A stretch of 64,000 nt of DNA from Myxococcales bacterium (GCA_047601445.1 JASGJH010000001.1:8000001-8064000); one strand, 5' to 3'. Counted from the stretch's first letter, positions 41,274 through 50,627 are shown. The notes: generated by a model from the sequence alone, not told the origin. A program made the numbers and translations.

Positions 41274-41481
41274 GCATCAACCCCTGGATGGCGTCGCGCT
41301 GTGCTTGGCGAGCTTCCTTAGGGCTTGGCGGGTCCCGCCTCTCCTCCGTAGGAGGTTGCGCAGCCCTGGGAGCGCTGACCGGCGCGAACGTGGCGGCCAG
41401 CTTCTCGCCTTCGATGGTCACGGAGGTCGCCCCCATCTCTCGGAGCGACTTGCAAAGCTCGATGAACTCGGTGCTCGTCAT
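41257..41481 (-). CDS. Phage hypothetical protein
   Basis: 74 aa, overlaps the portal start. Confidence 0.6.
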   Translation of the reverse strand: MTSTEFIELCKSLREMGATSVTIEGEKLAATFAPVSAPRAAQPPTEERRDPPSPKEARQAQRDAIQGLMHAVGQ

Positions 41482-41483
41482 GG

Positions 41484-41897
41484 CTACACCGAGTCCGCGA
41501 CGACGATGGTGGCATCTGACGCGCGGCGCTGCGCTGCGTCCCAGGTGCCGCAGTGGCGCATGCGGTGCAGCAGGATGGCAAAGGCGTGCTTGGTCTCGGA
41601 GCTGAGCCAGTGCTCCTGCTCGAGATCAAGCGAGATCTTCATTCGGTCGTCGGGCAGCCCGGACAGGCACTCGGCCTTCCAGTAGATGCGGCCGCCCATG
41701 GCCGTGCGGCGCACAACGCGCATGTACAGCGTGTCGTTGTACGCCTTGGTGGCGTAGTGCTTCTCGGCGTCCTTCTTGGCCTCGTCGGTGTCGAGGTGGG
41801 CGACCATGGCCGAGCGCCAGTCCTCCCACGTCTTGCCCTCGTCGATGCCAAGGACCTCCGCGCCGGATGGCGCCACCTTCTCGTGCAGGTCGCTCAT
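41484..41897 (-). CDS. Phage hypothetical protein
   Basis: 137 aa, ATGA-coupled within the operon. Confidence 0.6.
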   Translation of the reverse strand: MSDLHEKVAPSGAEVLGIDEGKTWEDWRSAMVAHLDTDEAKKDAEKHYATKAYNDTLYMRVVRRTAMGGRIYWKAECLSGLPDDRMKISLDLEQEHWLSSETKHAFAILLHRMRHCGTWDAAQRRASDATIVVADSV

Positions 41898-42169
41898 TTG
41901 CGCGCCGCCTTGCTGGTCGGTGCCTTGGGCATCTCCGCCGGTGGCTCAGTGAACTGCACGCCATGATCCAGGTCATCGAGCGGGACAACGTAGGTCCGGC
42001 TCCTCGCGCTGACGGCGACAACCGGGCCGCGGAGCTCGAGTTCGTACCCCTTCTCTGCCTCGAAAATGTCCTGCCCGCTGTTCGGCCCGCCGCCGGTGTC
42101 GAGAGCCGGGTCCGCCACGGGGCGCTTGAAGACGACTTTGCGCAATCGCATCGACTTGAGCGAGTGCAC
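41894..42169 (-). CDS. Phage hypothetical protein
   Basis: 91 aa in the late operon; start uncertain. Confidence 0.55.
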   Translation of the reverse strand: MHSLKSMRLRKVVFKRPVADPALDTGGGPNSGQDIFEAEKGYELELRGPVVAVSARSRTYVVPLDDLDHGVQFTEPPAEMPKAPTSKAARK

Positions 42170-42181
42170 AAGAGGATCGGT

Positions 42182-42640
42182 CTACCGTGCCGCGCGATAT
42201 GTGAAGCCGCGGGACTGGAGATACCGCGTCCACTTCCCCTGGTGGCTGTAGAAGCGCTCCGGCTCGCGCCCCTCGAGTACGAAGATTTGGCTTCCGACGT
42301 TCTGCGCGGTGTCCAGCAGGAGCCCGGCCACGCCCTGCCCCTGGAACGAAGCTTTGGTGTAGGCGTAGTGAAGCGTGAAGGCCTCGCGCGCCTCCGCGCA
42401 CAGCCAGCCGTAGAGGAACGCCGGATCTTCGCGGTCGCGGGCGACGAGGACCATGGGGTGGCGACTGAGAATTCGTTCGCGCAATGACCTGTGCCACGCG
42501 TGGAAGGCCGATGTGGGCATGCCACGATTGGCGCGCCGGAAGGACTCGGCCCAGCTGTCGAGGACGAAGGGCAGGGCGTCCTTGCCGGCGCGTGAAACCT
42601 CTATGGAATCCAGGATGCGGAGGTCCTTGGCGGCGCTCAT
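42182..42640 (-). CDS. GNAT-fold acetyltransferase-like protein
   Basis: LHYAYTKASFQGQGVAGLLL acetyl-CoA-binding motif A (Q/RxxGxG/A). Confidence 0.75.
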   Translation of the reverse strand: MSAAKDLRILDSIEVSRAGKDALPFVLDSWAESFRRANRGMPTSAFHAWHRSLRERILSRHPMVLVARDREDPAFLYGWLCAEAREAFTLHYAYTKASFQGQGVAGLLLDTAQNVGSQIFVLEGREPERFYSHQGKWTRYLQSRGFTYRAAR

Positions 42641-42819
42641 GCTCGATGAGTGTCCTTCGTATCGCGCGGGGCAGCGCTCGATGCTCCGCGTGCGTAGCCC
42701 TCCTCGAAACCCTGATAGCGGCCCTCGTCTACGCCCTCTGCGCGTCCGACGCGCATGCCTTCCTCGTACCCCTCGCGGTATGCGGTAAGGGCAGCCGCGA
42801 TGGAATCTTCATCACTCAT
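42637..42819 (-). CDS. Small GxxxG-repeat protein
   Basis: GYEEGMRVGRAEGVDEGRYQGFEEGYARG; ATGA overlaps on both sides. Confidence 0.55.
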   Translation of the reverse strand: MSDEDSIAAALTAYREGYEEGMRVGRAEGVDEGRYQGFEEGYARGASSAAPRDTKDTHRA

Positions 42820-43643
42820 CGCATTTCCTCCACGGAGCCCCACGCCCCGAAAACAGCGAAATCCATGTACTGAGGGTCGAGTTCGTACTCCTGCGCCACC
42901 GCCGATGGTGTTCGACCTCGGTCGAGCTCTCGGCGAATGGCCTCCGCTTCGTCGCGTGTGATCGGTCGCAGGTCATACGGTCCGTCGTATGCGGGCGCTG
43001 GTGCGGCGCACTGGGCAGGCTGGGCGCTCGTGCAAGCTCTCCAACTCGCGCTGTCCACCTGTCGCAAAATATTCGTCTGCTCGGCCAAGGCAGCGAACAG
43101 CTTGCCGTACCGCGTCGTTGCCAACACTGGCAGGAGCCTGCGTACGCGGCGCTGCACGTCGCGAGCGCGAAGCCCGAGGCGCCGGGCGACCTCGGAGTAG
43201 GAGGCTGTCTCCACGAACACTACCAAGATCTGGCTCTCAATTGCCGTCAATGGCATCCCGAGCATGTCGATGCACGCCAAGAGGTCCTGAGCGTCGAACT
43301 CAACCAGGCCGTGGGTCACGATGAAGGTGAGCCGCTCCACCGCGCGGCGCAGGCGGTAGCTGACGCCCTGTTGGGTCAAGCCCAGGCGCTGCCCGACGGC
43401 CTTCTCGCGCTCACCAGCGAGGTGAGCTTGTATGGCGGCCTGCTCGTTGTGCGGGAGCATCAAGATTGCCTTCCGCAGTACTTCGCGGTCGACGGATCGC
43501 GCGGCTTCTCGCAGCTCGGCAGACGCACGTTCGGCTTCCTGCTCTTCAGCGAGGGCAGCGGGGTCGCAGACCGCCAGGGTGGCCTTCGGGTCGGGGAAGT
43601 TGTCGATTCGCTCGCCTACACAAATATAAAACGGCTCACGCAC
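42816..43643 (-). CDS. Sigma70 region-4-like tandem HTH regulator
   Basis: LPHNEQ...KAVGQRLGLTQQGVSYRLRRA, LTAIE...SYSEVARRLGL, and a third C-terminal HTH-like segment. Confidence 0.7.
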   Translation of the reverse strand: MREPFYICVGERIDNFPDPKATLAVCDPAALAEEQEAERASAELREAARSVDREVLRKAILMLPHNEQAAIQAHLAGEREKAVGQRLGLTQQGVSYRLRRAVERLTFIVTHGLVEFDAQDLLACIDMLGMPLTAIESQILVVFVETASYSEVARRLGLRARDVQRRVRRLLPVLATTRYGKLFAALAEQTNILRQVDSASWRACTSAQPAQCAAPAPAYDGPYDLRPITRDEAEAIRRELDRGRTPSAVAQEYELDPQYMDFAVFGAWGSVEEMR

Positions 43644-44130
43644 GTGGTTGCTCCTCGGTATCGCGGAGGCAGGCGATCAGCTCTGCCGTCGGAAGGTTTT
43701 CGAGCTGGACAGGTCCGCCGTTCGCGCCAGTCAGCTCTTGGCGTTGGGATGGTGGACGCCAGCGCTTGCCGTAGCGGCGTTCGAGCATCCAGGCATCGGC
43801 GCGCCAGTCCTTGGCGCCAGCCTTGTTTAGCCTTTGCAGAAGCGACGCCTCGTGCACGGCTTTGGCCTCACGGATGCCTTCGACAAGCTCGGAGTAGGGA
43901 TCCAGGCCCTCGCGGCCCTTGTGCATCCACGCTTCGATCGTCTTCTTGGGGATGCCGGCAGCGGCGGCGGCTACAGGCACGGTTGAGCCTGCCGCGACCA
44001 GCACGCATACCTGCTTGATTACCTCGGCCGTGCACGTCGTGGGGCGTCCACCCTTTCGCAGGGTCGAAGGGGTGGAGCCATCGTCTTCACGCGCGCGTTG
44101 GCCCTGTTTACTGCGGGGCTTGGACGTCAC
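43636..44130 (-). CDS. terS: Terminase small subunit
   Basis: GGRPT, HTH AAAAAGIPKKTIEAW, DWRADAWMLERR, C-terminal ELTGANGGPV. Confidence 0.75.
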   Translation of the reverse strand: MTSKPRSKQGQRAREDDGSTPSTLRKGGRPTTCTAEVIKQVCVLVAAGSTVPVAAAAAGIPKKTIEAWMHKGREGLDPYSELVEGIREAKAVHEASLLQRLNKAGAKDWRADAWMLERRYGKRWRPPSQRQELTGANGGPVQLENLPTAELIACLRDTEEQPRA

Positions 44131-44211
44131 ACCGAGATCGTATCGCGCGCGATCCGCGCGGTGGAAGTGCGAAGTGGCGTAAGCCTGCAGATTTGATTAT
44201 TAAGTACGCGT

Positions 44212-45630
44212 ATGACCGCCGCACCGAAGCTGTTCATCTCGTACTGCTGGACGTCGCCCGAGCACCAGGAGCGCGTGTTGCGCCTGGCTACCGAGCTACG
44301 GGATGCCCAGGTCGACGTGATCCTCGACATATGGGATCTGAAGGAAGGCCACGACCTCTACGCCTTTATGGAGTCGATGGTGACGAATCCCGAGGTCCAG
44401 AAGGTGCTGATGATCTGCAACAAGGAGTACGTCGAGCGGGCCGACGGCCGACACGGGGGTGTGGGGGCCGAAACCACGATCCTCACGCCGGACCTCTACG
44501 GCAAGCGGGACCAGTCGAAGTACGTGGCGCTGGTGCTTGATCGCGACGCAGACGACCACGCGATGGTCCCGGCGTACTACAAGGCACGCATCTTCATCGA
44601 CTTCACGGACCCAGACAAGCAGGCAGACTCGTTTGAGCGACTACTCCGCTGGGTCTTCGACAAGCCCCTCTACGAGAAGCCGGCACTTGGCAAGCGCCCG
44701 GCGTTCCTCGACGACGCTAGCGATGGTCCAAGGATGCGCACGAGCACGCAGGCCCGTCGTGCCAGCACAGCCGTTCGTGACGGACGATCGAACGCAGCAG
44801 CGCTGACCGCGGAGTACCTGAATACGTTCGCGCATGAACTTGAGAGCTTCCGGCTTCGACGAACCGAGCCGATCGACGACGCGGTGGTCGCAAACATCAC
44901 CGACTTCATCCACTACCGCAACGAGCTGGTTCGGTTCGTGGACGAACTTGCGCTGCATTGTCCCGGGGAACAAACCGCCAACCTGCTGCACCGCTTTCTA
45001 GAGAAGCTGCTCCCATACAACCGGCGACCAGAGGGGGTGACTTCGTGGTACGAGGCGGACTTTGACAATTTTCGATTCATTACCCACGAAATTTTTCTCT
45101 ACGTGATCGCGGCGCTGCTGCGACACGAGCGCTTTGCCGAGACTGCGAAATTGCTCGCGACCGAGTACTATTGTGCTGGTGACCGCAACGACGTAGTTTC
45201 GTACACGGAGTTCTACGAGCCGGTTCGCTCGCTCGATGCACGCAAGAAGCAGGGCCGATCGGAGCGGCTGTCCGTTCAGGCGGACCTTCTCAAAGAACGG
45301 TGCACTGGGCTTCCGGTTGCCTTCACGCAACTGATGCAGGCTGACTTCGTCCTGTATCTGCGTGGGCACCTCAAGGGCGGCTACTGGTGGCCTGTCACGC
45401 TAGTGTACGTAGCTCGCTTTGCCCCTCGGTTCGAAATGTTCGCTCGTGCACGATCGCGCTCGTATTTCGAGCGTCTCCGAATCGTCTTGGGCGCCGACAA
45501 GGTCGAGCAGCTTCACGCGCTCGAGGCGGATCTCAAGTCTGGCAAGTCGCGCGCGCCTACATGGGGCGGATGGGAAACACTCGACGTTGCCGCACTCATG
45601 AACGCAAGTGAGATCGCCACGCGCGAGTAG
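44212..45630 (+). CDS. SEFIR/TIR-domain protein (anti-phage-like)
   Basis: KLFISYCW...VLRLATEL...VDVILDIWDL..GHD...FME...GGVGAE plus a long helical C-terminal region. Confidence 0.88.
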   Translation: MTAAPKLFISYCWTSPEHQERVLRLATELRDAQVDVILDIWDLKEGHDLYAFMESMVTNPEVQKVLMICNKEYVERADGRHGGVGAETTILTPDLYGKRDQSKYVALVLDRDADDHAMVPAYYKARIFIDFTDPDKQADSFERLLRWVFDKPLYEKPALGKRPAFLDDASDGPRMRTSTQARRASTAVRDGRSNAAALTAEYLNTFAHELESFRLRRTEPIDDAVVANITDFIHYRNELVRFVDELALHCPGEQTANLLHRFLEKLLPYNRRPEGVTSWYEADFDNFRFITHEIFLYVIAALLRHERFAETAKLLATEYYCAGDRNDVVSYTEFYEPVRSLDARKKQGRSERLSVQADLLKERCTGLPVAFTQLMQADFVLYLRGHLKGGYWWPVTLVYVARFAPRFEMFARARSRSYFERLRIVLGADKVEQLHALEADLKSGKSRAPTWGGWETLDVAALMNASEIATRE

Positions 45631-45664
45631 ATGGGCCGCACGAGCCCGGGCAAGGGTGACGTCT

Positions 45665-46201
45665 ATGTGGGTGCTGCTGTTGGTGATGTTCGCGTGGGCG
45701 GCCTGGGCCACTATTGGTGCGAGCGGGGCAGGCGCCAAGGTCCGCCAGCTCTCGCAAGAGCTAGACGAGGCAAAGAAAAAGCTCGCAAAGCCGCGCCCGA
45801 CCGAGGACGAGGAGAACGAGGCTATCCGCGTCAAGTACAACGCCCTCCGCGACGAACATCGCGAACTCTTCACGCAGGCCCTCGATGCTGCCGAGAAGCA
45901 CCTGCGCGAAAGCGACATGCGTCTGGGGGACGCCGACGTCGTCGATACTGTAGAGCTCACCAGGAACGAGATCCGAGCAGTTTACCGCGCACTCGAGCTT
46001 AGCGCGGAACTCGGCGACAAGGATTTCTGCCGTCGCGTCGTCGATACATTCGAGAACTGGAAAAAGGACCAATGGGCCTGGCTCCTGGCGAAGGAGTTCA
46101 AATCGCGGGTTCGATCGATCCAGATGTCTGACCTTGCGGTGAAGATCCGCAGCGAGGCCGAGGCGCGCTGGCAGCAGGAGCGCGACGCCCGGCAAGGCTG
46201 A
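45665..46201 (+). CDS. Membrane-anchored coiled-coil hypothetical protein
   Basis: N-terminal hydrophobic helix MWVLLLVMFAWAAWATIG, then charged helices. Confidence 0.65.
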   Translation: MWVLLLVMFAWAAWATIGASGAGAKVRQLSQELDEAKKKLAKPRPTEDEENEAIRVKYNALRDEHRELFTQALDAAEKHLRESDMRLGDADVVDTVELTRNEIRAVYRALELSAELGDKDFCRRVVDTFENWKKDQWAWLLAKEFKSRVRSIQMSDLAVKIRSEAEARWQQERDARQG

Positions 46202-46330
46202 CCGACACCGCGGCAGAATTCCGGGTTTCATCGTCGGAGGATCACCGAGCTACATGAGAAGGAGCTTGCAATCTCTAGCGGTGGTGCCGCGACCGCATCT
46301 AGTGCTCCAGCGCGCTGGCTGGGCTCGGAA

Positions 46331-47419
46331 TTATGTCGCGGGCCACCCGAGACCATCGCGCCAAAAAACGGTGAGGAAATCTTGTGCATACATCGGTTCG
46401 TGGATGACCTCGAACTTGCGTCGCGACGTCACGCTCGGATGCTGTCGCAAGGTCCACTGCAGTAGGCCGTCGAGGCGCCGAACGTCATCGCTAACCGAGG
46501 GCCCCAACACCAACCTTATCGGCAGGTCTGGTGTCGTGTTGCCGCCGAGAGCCCCTAGCAAGCGATACTTTGCGTCCGAGTCGGTCTCGGGGAACCGATA
46601 TCCCACGAAGACAACCGAGTCCGCCTCGCGGAGAGCCCGTTCTGCCTTATCCCATTGCGGTTGAAAGAGATTCGAAGCTCGAAAACGCTTTGATGGCCCT
46701 GGCACGCCGATAGCGACTTCGCGCTCGTTGAGAATCGATGCAAACGGCTCTTGGTGTGTTTGGACGATGGGCGAGGCCTCGGAGCCGGAGATCACCCAAT
46801 CGACGCTTCCATGCAGTTTTAGCAGGTTCCCGTTGCCCGGAGCGTTGCCCCCGACGCAGTGATAGATGGGACGGTTGGCCAGCTCGCAGGCCTTCTCCAC
46901 GACCTGGTCGTAGTTGAAGGTGATCACCGTATCCGACGGCTCAAGCAACGCCGCCCAGCGCTTGTATGGCAACCAGCGCTCGTTGTCCTCGGCCCTTTCC
47001 GAGTACTCGGCGCAAACCGCTGCGAAATACGCTCTGGCGTCCTTGGCAATCAGAGCGATCCTGCTCCGCATGTCCGGCGTGAAGTCCTGCGCTCCGTAGT
47101 AGTGCAGGAGCAGCATCAGGGCCCGAGGATCGCTCCCGGACGCGGCGGCATCGAGTAGCTCCAAGTATTCCTCGGCGTTGCGCCAACCCGTCCAGCTATT
47201 GTCGATCCCCAAAAGGAAGACATTACGCACCTCGTCGAGGCGCGGCTCAATCTTCGACCAGGATGGCTCTTCGCGAGGTTCCTCCTGACTAGCAGCGACA
47301 ACGCGGTGCAATTGGCCAACCGCTTTCAGCCGGTGTTCGTCGAATATTTGATTCAGCAGCGGCCCGCCTACACCGACGCTGAACCCAGAACCAAGAACCC
47401 ACACCACGCGTTTTGGCAC
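46331..47419 (-). CDS. SIR2-like (sirtuin-fold, putative NADase) protein
   Basis: VWVLGSGFS, VITFNYD, LLKLHGSVDW, VFVGYRFPETD. Confidence 0.88.
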   Translation of the reverse strand: MPKRVVWVLGSGFSVGVGGPLLNQIFDEHRLKAVGQLHRVVAASQEEPREEPSWSKIEPRLDEVRNVFLLGIDNSWTGWRNAEEYLELLDAAASGSDPRALMLLLHYYGAQDFTPDMRSRIALIAKDARAYFAAVCAEYSERAEDNERWLPYKRWAALLEPSDTVITFNYDQVVEKACELANRPIYHCVGGNAPGNGNLLKLHGSVDWVISGSEASPIVQTHQEPFASILNEREVAIGVPGPSKRFRASNLFQPQWDKAERALREADSVVFVGYRFPETDSDAKYRLLGALGGNTTPDLPIRLVLGPSVSDDVRRLDGLLQWTLRQHPSVTSRRKFEVIHEPMYAQDFLTVFWRDGLGWPAT

Positions 47420-47535
47420 GCCCACAAGCTCCCCCGGGCACCGGAACTGCGGAGCAACATAGCGCAGGTGCGGTTCGCGCTCAGGTCGCCTTGCCCTTCC
47501 CCGGACCCCCATCCCGGAGGAAGACTGGGTGACGG

Positions 47536-47674
47536 CTCTCGCTTCGCGAACCGCCGAGAGGTCTGCGAGACAGACCTCTGCGCTCCCGACCTACGGCGCT
47601 AAGGCGCCTCGGCGGAGCGCGAAGAGGGAGATAACTACAACGAGAGTATGGTGGGTGGGGTCTGCGGCCCCCAC
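47536..47674. other. Multi-hairpin structured intergenic element
   Basis: CTTCGCG/CGCGAAG, CCGCCGAG/CTCGGCGG, AGAGGTCTG/CAGACCTCT, GGCGC/GCGCC and GTGGGG/CCCCAC pairings. Confidence 0.55.
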
Positions 47675-47743
47675 AAGAAAAGACGCGAACTCCGCCGATA
47701 CTTTCGTTGTGTGATCGCCCGGCGCTCTCGCCACTAAACGGTC

Positions 47744-48100
47744 ATGCGAGATCAGAACCTGCGAAGTGGAAAGCGCGTTGGAAGGCCGAAAGGGAGCGTG
47801 CGGCCCACGGCGGCGGAAGCCGCCGCGCGCGAGCTGAGAGCTCGGGGCTACGGGCTGCCAGCCATCGCCGGTACCCTGGGCACGAACAAGCGTTGGGTGG
47901 AGTGGGCGTGCAGCTCGGCACGCCGCAGACAGTTGGGCCTCGCTACGGTGGAGGACATCGAGCGCGCGCAATACGCTGTGGAGATCCTCAACGGCGACGC
48001 ACGTGACATCGAAAAATCGATCCAGGTGAAGCGTGCCGAGCTAGCAGAACTCGAGACGAGAGTTCGCCTTCCTACGCGCGTGCCACAGCTCTACAATTGA
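47744..48100 (+). CDS. HTH DNA-binding protein with C-terminal coiled coil
   Basis: VGRPKG...ARELRARGYGLPAIAGTLGTNKRWV. Confidence 0.65.
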   Translation: MRDQNLRSGKRVGRPKGSVRPTAAEAAARELRARGYGLPAIAGTLGTNKRWVEWACSSARRRQLGLATVEDIERAQYAVEILNGDARDIEKSIQVKRAELAELETRVRLPTRVPQLYN

Positions 48101-48207
48101 GAAACCCCGACGGCGTTCGAGCGCCCCGAGGCATGACATCGCGTTGACGTGGCTGATGCGCGCGATGCTCCGCAATTTTAGCGCATCGGTCACGTGACGG
48201 GCTAGTC

Positions 48208-49740
48208 GTGATTACCGAGACTAAAGCGCAAGCGCAGACCGCGCGTGCAAAAGAAGATGCTGCATTCGCCTCGCTCGCGCGCGCCTACGGCGTTTCCGCC
48301 AGCGAGGCGAGGAGACTCGTCAACCGCTACACCGGCGCAATGTACGTGCCGCTTTGGGAACCCTTTCACGAACTTGATGGCGTCTCGCCGCTGCCCGACG
48401 GTAAGCGGGTAGCGCCCGTCGATGGCTGGGCACTCGCCTCCAACCTCGTGGGGCCCCGAAAGCTGTCTCCTAGCGAGGTGGCTCGCCACCTTGCTGGGGA
48501 ACGCATCGTGGGGGTAGCGCGGCCGAGCATGACCGGCGTGCTGGTCATTGACGTCGACTACGACGAGGATGATCCGTGCTCCCTGGGTGCGCGAGTCGAC
48601 GCGGTAACCCGTGCGCTGTTGGCGCCCAGACTTCTCGTGCGCAGCAGCGAGTCCTACGGGCTTCACATGATCTATTTTCTGCGCGACCGAATCACGCTGG
48701 TGGGTGAGCTCAAGGCGCGGGCGGGTCTTCTGCTCGCGCGTGTTGGCGTTGAAGTGCGAAATGGATGGGTCGAGATTCACCCGGGCAAGGGCGCTACCCG
48801 CCTGCCACTCGGCCCTGGATCATGCGTACTCGATGAGGACCTGCGTCCGCTTGCCGGCACGCGCCACCAGCACCTGGTACATCTGCTCGCGTTCGCGCGC
48901 GAACATCGCGAGGATCTCCCGGAGGCTCCCGTCAATTTCGTTGCCCCTACCAACGTCGCAACGAAAAGGGAGAGTTCTCGCGCTCGCAACGAGGAGTGGC
49001 ACGCGCGCGTGCAGCAGTACAGGACGGGCGGAGCTCCCCGGGGCAAGCGCGTCAGTGCATTCCGTGACGTCACCTTTGATGTCTGGAGTCGAGAGCGTGC
49101 GGAGCGCCGCACGCGTGAGGAGAGTCTCGACATCGTCGGCGCATGGTTGCGCGACGCGCCGCACCAAAGTCGCGGTCTCACAGGGTCGCGACGAGACGAT
49201 GTCATCGGAAAGATGATGCGCGAGGCTGAGAAGCGGCTGGAGAGGCTCGATTCTGGCACGGATCGGGCCGTTAGCGCGGGTCGCACGATCCTGAGCCTAG
49301 GCAAGGGGGTGGAAGCACTTCGCGCCACACACGGCGCGCAGTGGCGTGCCGCGGCTACCGCCCTCACTACCGAGCGCGATCGCCAAGCGCTCGCAAAGAT
49401 AGAAGATGAATGGGTGCGTAAGCGGGCCGCTACCGTGCTTGGGGCGCTTCATGCAGCGCTGCCCGGGGGGGGTGAGCCAGTGCAGGAAGTCGTCGGGTCC
49501 CTCTGCGCCGCAAGCCTGAAAATCGTCTGCGGCCCGGAGCTACCGCGCTACCTGGCGCGGCAGGAGTACGTCGACCTCGATACTGGTGAGCTGTTCCACA
49601 GGTTGTGTCCGTACCTTGTTGTCACACATGCGATGCGCGTGACTGGCATCCTGCAGGGATCCGGCGCGTGGACACCCGGCAAGCACGGGCGCTTGTACGC
49701 GGTCACCACGATGGGTAGCGGCAGCAACGAAAGTATCTGA
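48208..49740 (+). CDS. Replication initiator, AEP/prim-pol-like
   Basis: VLVIDVD (DxD), RSSESYGLHMIY (His motif), RLPLG. Confidence 0.65.
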   Translation: MITETKAQAQTARAKEDAAFASLARAYGVSASEARRLVNRYTGAMYVPLWEPFHELDGVSPLPDGKRVAPVDGWALASNLVGPRKLSPSEVARHLAGERIVGVARPSMTGVLVIDVDYDEDDPCSLGARVDAVTRALLAPRLLVRSSESYGLHMIYFLRDRITLVGELKARAGLLLARVGVEVRNGWVEIHPGKGATRLPLGPGSCVLDEDLRPLAGTRHQHLVHLLAFAREHREDLPEAPVNFVAPTNVATKRESSRARNEEWHARVQQYRTGGAPRGKRVSAFRDVTFDVWSRERAERRTREESLDIVGAWLRDAPHQSRGLTGSRRDDVIGKMMREAEKRLERLDSGTDRAVSAGRTILSLGKGVEALRATHGAQWRAAATALTTERDRQALAKIEDEWVRKRAATVLGALHAALPGGGEPVQEVVGSLCAASLKIVCGPELPRYLARQEYVDLDTGELFHRLCPYLVVTHAMRVTGILQGSGAWTPGKHGRLYAVTTMGSGSNESI

Positions 49741-49791
49741 CCGCTGCGATTTCGTTGCTGTCCGTCGCGTGCCCGGTGCGACTAACAGGGC

Positions 49792-50049
49792 ATGCTCTTC
49801 AAGAACTTCGGTCGAGACCATGATGAGGACTGCCGGCCGGTAACCTCCGCCCGGGCCCTGGAGCGCGTGAACGCTGCCCTGGCTCCCCTCGGTCTGCGTG
49901 CGTTCGCGGATGCTGGGACGAAGCAACCGCTCACGGTGATCACTCTGGACGGGCGAAACGAGGCGAGCGCGGCGCATCTGTCGGAGCTCGTGCGTGAGCT
50001 CGGAGTGTTGGGCGCGCGGGAGGTGTTGGATGGGGAGGCGAGCGTATGA
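49792..50049 (+). CDS. Phage hypothetical protein
   Basis: 85 aa, ATGA-coupled to the next gene. Confidence 0.55.
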   Translation: MLFKNFGRDHDEDCRPVTSARALERVNAALAPLGLRAFADAGTKQPLTVITLDGRNEASAAHLSELVRELGVLGAREVLDGEASV

Positions 50050-50411
50050 CGGCAGAGGAGACACTCTATAAGGAATTTCTTGCGCGCCGGTGCGCGCGCA
50101 CAGCAGGTGTAGAGGTCTCGCTCGACGAGCTCCGAACTGCCTACTACCGGTACCTTTATGAGATCGGATTCGAACCCGCGCCGAACGAGGCTCCGCTGAA
50201 TCTGGAGTACCGCATCGCACACCTGGTAGGTGTCAGCCGGGCGAAGCGCGGCTGGGTGGAGTTTTGGGTTGGCATCACCCTGAATGCGACGCTGCAACGC
50301 GAGTTGCGGCGGAAGCGTAAGCGCGAGCGGGAAGCGCAGAATTCGCCGCCAAGTGTTCGCAAGGTCAAGGCCCCGAGCGAGCGCGACTTCCTACGCGGCC
50401 CCTGGCGGTGA
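50046..50411 (+). CDS. Stand-alone winged-helix resembling the C-terminal domain of P4/D5 primase-helicases
   Basis: EFLARRC....VEVSLDELRTAY..Y...IG..P ... WVGITL pattern. Confidence 0.55.
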   Translation: MTAEETLYKEFLARRCARTAGVEVSLDELRTAYYRYLYEIGFEPAPNEAPLNLEYRIAHLVGVSRAKRGWVEFWVGITLNATLQRELRRKRKREREAQNSPPSVRKVKAPSERDFLRGPWR

Positions 50412-50627
50412 TGGCGCGCGGAGATCGCACGCAAGCGGGACCTCAATCATCGCCCCGATGCTGCAGGTGGTAGGGGCCAAGCTGACTTCGGTCGGAGCTG
50501 GGCACTGAGAAAAAGCCTGCCCCGTCGTGTCATTCTTCACACTGCATATTGGGTTAGAGAAACCTCAAGCAATGTGTTGCGCGGGATGCGGCTAACCCGA
50601 ATGCTTGCGTCGAGCGAGGCAAACACG

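Noticed and set aside
44212..47419. Canonical Thoeris system
   Set aside because: The genes are convergent, the SIR2 lacks an evident SLOG domain and the TIR protein is a long SEFIR type
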